Shown here: positions 8,040 to 10,999 of the stretch, piece after piece
Layout: each line of letters opens with the position of its first letter
Position numbering within the stretch: the stretch's first letter is position 1
Source of the DNA: Bdellovibrio sp.
Lineage (GTDB): Bacteria; Bdellovibrionota; Bdellovibrionia; Bdellovibrionales; Bdellovibrionaceae
Assembly: GCA_046318155.1 (NCBI GenBank)
Contig: JBKCUU010000103.1
Location: 1-10,999, forward strand
Length of the DNA stretch: 10,999 nucleotides
Direction of reading: 5' to 3'
The notes under the pieces: generated by a model
The model's input: only the letters and a program-made list of their open reading frames with translations
Databases searched by the model: none
What the model was told of the DNA's origin: nothing
Program-made: the position numbers and the translations under genes

Positions 8040-8324
8040 ATGCAACTCGAAGAATCAATTCAGTCTTACATTCCTCAGTTTCTTGAAAACCGAAAAAAGG
8101 ATCTGGGACGCCTGTCTGAGGCGCTGAAGAGTCAAAACTATGAAGAGATCACGCGGATTGGTCACACCATTAAGGGCGTTTCGCGTCCCTTTGGCTTCTC
8201 AGGTCTTGAGACTCTGGGTCTCAAAATCGAAGAAGCCGGCATTCGAAATGATCTTGGCTACTGCCGTGATCTGTACACGGAGTTCGAGAAAACTCTGGCC
8301 GAAGAGATTCAGAAGCTCGAGTGA
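8040..8324 (+). CDS. Stand-alone Hpt (histidine phosphotransfer) protein
   Basis: 94 aa predicted helical protein with IGHTIKGVSRPFGF (HxxKG Hpt motif). RBS AAGGAGG at 8028-8034 favours ATG 8040 over 8022. Confidence 0.9.
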   Translation: MQLEESIQSYIPQFLENRKKDLGRLSEALKSQNYEEITRIGHTIKGVSRPFGFSGLETLGLKIEEAGIRNDLGYCRDLYTEFEKTLAEEIQKLE

Positions 8325-8327
8325 CAA

Positions 8328-8369
8328 AAGTTTTGCAAACGGACCCAAAACAGATTCGTTTGCAAACTT
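8328..8369. repeat. Inverted repeat with palindromic arms between the Hpt and kinase genes
   Basis: TTTGCAAACG (8332-8341) and CGTTTGCAAA (8357-8366) form a perfect 10-bp inverted repeat. Each arm contains the palindrome TTTGCAAA. Confidence 0.6.
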
Positions 8370-8382
8370 ATAAATAACAAAA

Positions 8383-10999
8383 ATGAAGAATCACATCCTA
8401 TCAGTTCTAAAAAAATTCGCTCTCCCCGGGTTCGTGTACTGCACGGGTCTTGTGGTTTCACTGTCTTCACTTCATAAGTCAGTGGGAGCTCCCTATGAGC
8501 CCAACTTTTTTGTGGCCTTCCTGTGCTGCTGGGGAATCCTCCTGACACAAGCAACCCGAAGCCGCGTCGTGCGCCTGATCGGGTGCTCTTGCGCCATTTT
8601 GCTCATCGTGGTCAAGCTCATCTCGTTCTTTGGCGACATCCCCGTTCAGCAAATCTTTCTGACGCGCTCTTCGTTTTGGCTCCTCGACCACTTCACCATT
8701 TTGCAGGTCAACGTGACCATGGGGGCCCTGGCTTTCTACTTACTGCTCATTTTGCACGAAGTCCTCAACATTAAAGAGCCCCGCATTTGGATAGGGCTCT
8801 ATAGCTTAATGACCTTTATTTTTGTGACTGTCGGGTGCGCCAGTCTGTTTTTCCACGCCGATGGCTTCCGGATTTTTAGTTTAGCTCGCGTCGATCCCTT
8901 TCATGCGCTCATGATTCAAATGAGCACCAGCATTTTTATTTTTCAGACTTGGCCCTACCTCTATTCGCAGTGGAAGACTTTTAAGGTGTCTTGGTGGATT
9001 GTGGTTTTTGGTGCCGTGGCCATGTCGATTGCACTTTCGGTGGTTGAAAAGCAAATTGTCGAGTCCATTCAAAACCAAATGGAGTCCAAGGTTTCGAGCG
9101 TGCAACTCAGACTTAAAAACGAGTCTGAAGAACGGCTCTCTTCGATCTCCGTCTTAGCCGACTTCTTAGGGAGTACGGATCAAATCCCGCATCACCGACT
9201 TAAAGAGACGATCTCGAAGCTCAACCCATCGACCAAACTGATTCCGAACCTGTATTTCTATACGCGAGACATGCAGCTTTTATGGGCCTACCACGACAAA
9301 CGCTTTATGGAGGCCCGCCAAGCAAAAGTCGAACTTAAAGAGCGGATCAAACTTCAGGTCAAAAAAATTAATTACGGGCCCCGCAATGATTTTGAAGTGA
9401 TCAAAAATGCAGAATCACTTTCGCTCTATGCCATCGTCCCCGTTTTTCGACGTGAAGCTGCGATAGGGTACCTGGTCATCGAAGACCCGGTGATCCCCAC
9501 GATGCAGTTCATTTTTTCGCGTTATTACCTCGACCCCTTTAACACGTATGTCACAACTGATGACGGCCAAGAAATCTTGGAGCCCAAACCGCGCTTGATG
9601 GCACCCGTCAGATACCTCAAAAAAATCGATTTTTTTGGCGCCAATCTTCAGATCCTTTTAACTCCCAATCGTCAACTCCTGATGCAATCCGTTCTATTGC
9701 CACAACTGGGTCTTCTCGCAATGACGGCGATCATTGTCTTTTTTCTTGTCTATGTCTTTTATCAAAATCGCAAACGAGTTTTAGACATTGAACAAGAGGT
9801 TCAGGACCGCGTTCGCGACCTTGCGATCTTAAAAGAAGAAGCCGACCGCGCCAAACTTGCAGCCGAAAACGCGAGTTACATCAAATCACAATTCTTGGCC
9901 AACATGAGCCACGAGATCCGAACGCCGCTGAATGTTCTCTTAGGAGCCTCGGAGCTGCTCGAGAACACCTCCCTGGATACCGATCAACGCAAGTTCGTCG
10001 AACTCTTCAGCACCTCCGGTAAACATCTGCTCAGTCTTTTAAATGACATCATCGATCTCTCAAGAATCGAAGCGGGGCAGCTCGAAATTGAAAAAATCCC
10101 TTTTGACCTGCGTCGAACATTGGACTTTATTCGCAGACTGTTTGCGATTCGCGCCCGAGAAGTGGGAATCAAGTTTATCGTTGAAGATGACGCACTGAAA
10201 AACTGGAACCGCATCGGCGATCCTCTTCGCATCCGGCAAATCCTGGTCAACCTTTTAGGGAATGCTTTCAAGTTCACAATTCGCGGATACGTCAAAATCA
10301 AGGTGACTGAAAAAGACAACCATGTCGTTTTCGAAGTTGAAGATACCGGGACTGGGATCGCCGAAGATAAGGTGAATGAAATCTTTTTGAACTTTACCCA
10401 AGGAGACATCTCGATGACCCGCCGGCATGGTGGTGCGGGTCTGGGATTGGCAATCACTAAAAACTTATGCGAGATGATGGGTGGAAGCATCCGCCTTGAA
10501 TCAAACTTAGGCATTGGCACTAAGTTTTTTGTTTCAATTCCTCTGGAGTCCTGCGCCTCTTCACTCATTCAAGACACCTTGAGCGAAGATTCCGATTCAA
10601 GTTACCGTTCAGAATTACTGGGACCAAAAAAAATCTTGGTCGTTGATGATTCAGACGATAATCGCTTTTTGGTTAAACTCTTCCTCGATAATCCAAACTT
10701 TTCTGTCTCTGAAGCCGAGAACGGACAAGTGGCCGTCGAGTTGGTGAAGAGCACGGACTTTGATCTCATCTTAATGGATATGCAAATGCCAATTATGGAT
10801 GGCTATGAAGCCGTCAAAAGTATTCGCAACTACGAATCAATGACAGGGCATGCACCCACACCTATCCTGGCCCTGACCGCACATGGGGTGGTGACCGAGA
10901 AAGAAAAATGCCTGTCTGTGGGATGCAATGACTATATCGCTAAACCTGTGTCGAGGTCGACGCTGTTAAGTCGCATTCATCGTTGGATGAACGGCCCGA
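8383..10999 (+). CDS. Membrane-bound hybrid sensor histidine kinase (multi-TM, extracytoplasmic sensor, TM, HisKA, HATPase_c, REC), stop outside the window
   Basis: Frame open from ATG 8383 (after TAA 8371-8373) to the window end. H-box KSQFLANMSHEIRTPLN (His 9910-9912), N-box QILVNLLGNAFKFT, G1 VEDTGTGI, G2 GGAGLGLAI. REC motifs ILVVDD, LILMDMQMPIMDG (Asp 10777-10779), ALTA and IAKP. Confidence 0.96.
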   Translation, partial: MKNHILSVLKKFALPGFVYCTGLVVSLSSLHKSVGAPYEPNFFVAFLCCWGILLTQATRSRVVRLIGCSCAILLIVVKLISFFGDIPVQQIFLTRSSFWLLDHFTILQVNVTMGALAFYLLLILHEVLNIKEPRIWIGLYSLMTFIFVTVGCASLFFHADGFRIFSLARVDPFHALMIQMSTSIFIFQTWPYLYSQWKTFKVSWWIVVFGAVAMSIALSVVEKQIVESIQNQMESKVSSVQLRLKNESEERLSSISVLADFLGSTDQIPHHRLKETISKLNPSTKLIPNLYFYTRDMQLLWAYHDKRFMEARQAKVELKERIKLQVKKINYGPRNDFEVIKNAESLSLYAIVPVFRREAAIGYLVIEDPVIPTMQFIFSRYYLDPFNTYVTTDDGQEILEPKPRLMAPVRYLKKIDFFGANLQILLTPNRQLLMQSVLLPQLGLLAMTAIIVFFLVYVFYQNRKRVLDIEQEVQDRVRDLAILKEEADRAKLAAENASYIKSQFLANMSHEIRTPLNVLLGASELLENTSLDTDQRKFVELFSTSGKHLLSLLNDIIDLSRIEAGQLEIEKIPFDLRRTLDFIRRLFAIRAREVGIKFIVEDDALKNWNRIGDPLRIRQILVNLLGNAFKFTIRGYVKIKVTEKDNHVVFEVEDTGTGIAEDKVNEIFLNFTQGDISMTRRHGGAGLGLAITKNLCEMMGGSIRLESNLGIGTKFFVSIPLESCASSLIQDTLSEDSDSSYRSELLGPKKILVVDDSDDNRFLVKLFLDNPNFSVSEAENGQVAVELVKSTDFDLILMDMQMPIMDGYEAVKSIRNYESMTGHAPTPILALTAHGVVTEKEKCLSVGCNDYIAKPVSRSTLLSRIHRWMNGP

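Noticed and set aside
8322..8336. Sigma54-like TGACAAAAGTTTTGC
   Set aside because: Spacing fits, but the near-invariant GG at -24 is GA.
8479..10568. ORFs 8479..8691, 8523..8774, 8881..9105 and 9984..10568
   Set aside because: Shadows of the hybrid kinase gene.

Overview
Bacterial chromosomal window with housekeeping and signalling genes. The gene style is reminiscent of Bdellovibrionota/Oligoflexia, which is an inference only. Minus strand: purT (4236..5399), a FlaR-like P-loop protein (3656..4198) and a large SNF2-family helicase (<1..3494). Plus strand: a secreted trypsin-like S1A protease (5803..6564, with terminator), a stand-alone CBS-pair protein (6741..7214, with terminator), a stand-alone Hpt protein (8040..8324) and a multi-TM hybrid histidine kinase (8383..>10999). 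The helicase and the kinase are absent from the ORF track because they run off the window edges. The two long 'intergenic' stretches are not empty: 5498..5653 encodes the C-terminal half of a receiver (REC) domain, and 7514..7621 encodes the C-terminal His-box of a sterol desaturase/fatty-acid hydroxylase. Both are probably gene relics. Several operator-like dyads or alternative hairpins are present. I found no mobile element, CRISPR array, RNA gene or clearly novel multi-gene system; the findings are of modest interest.
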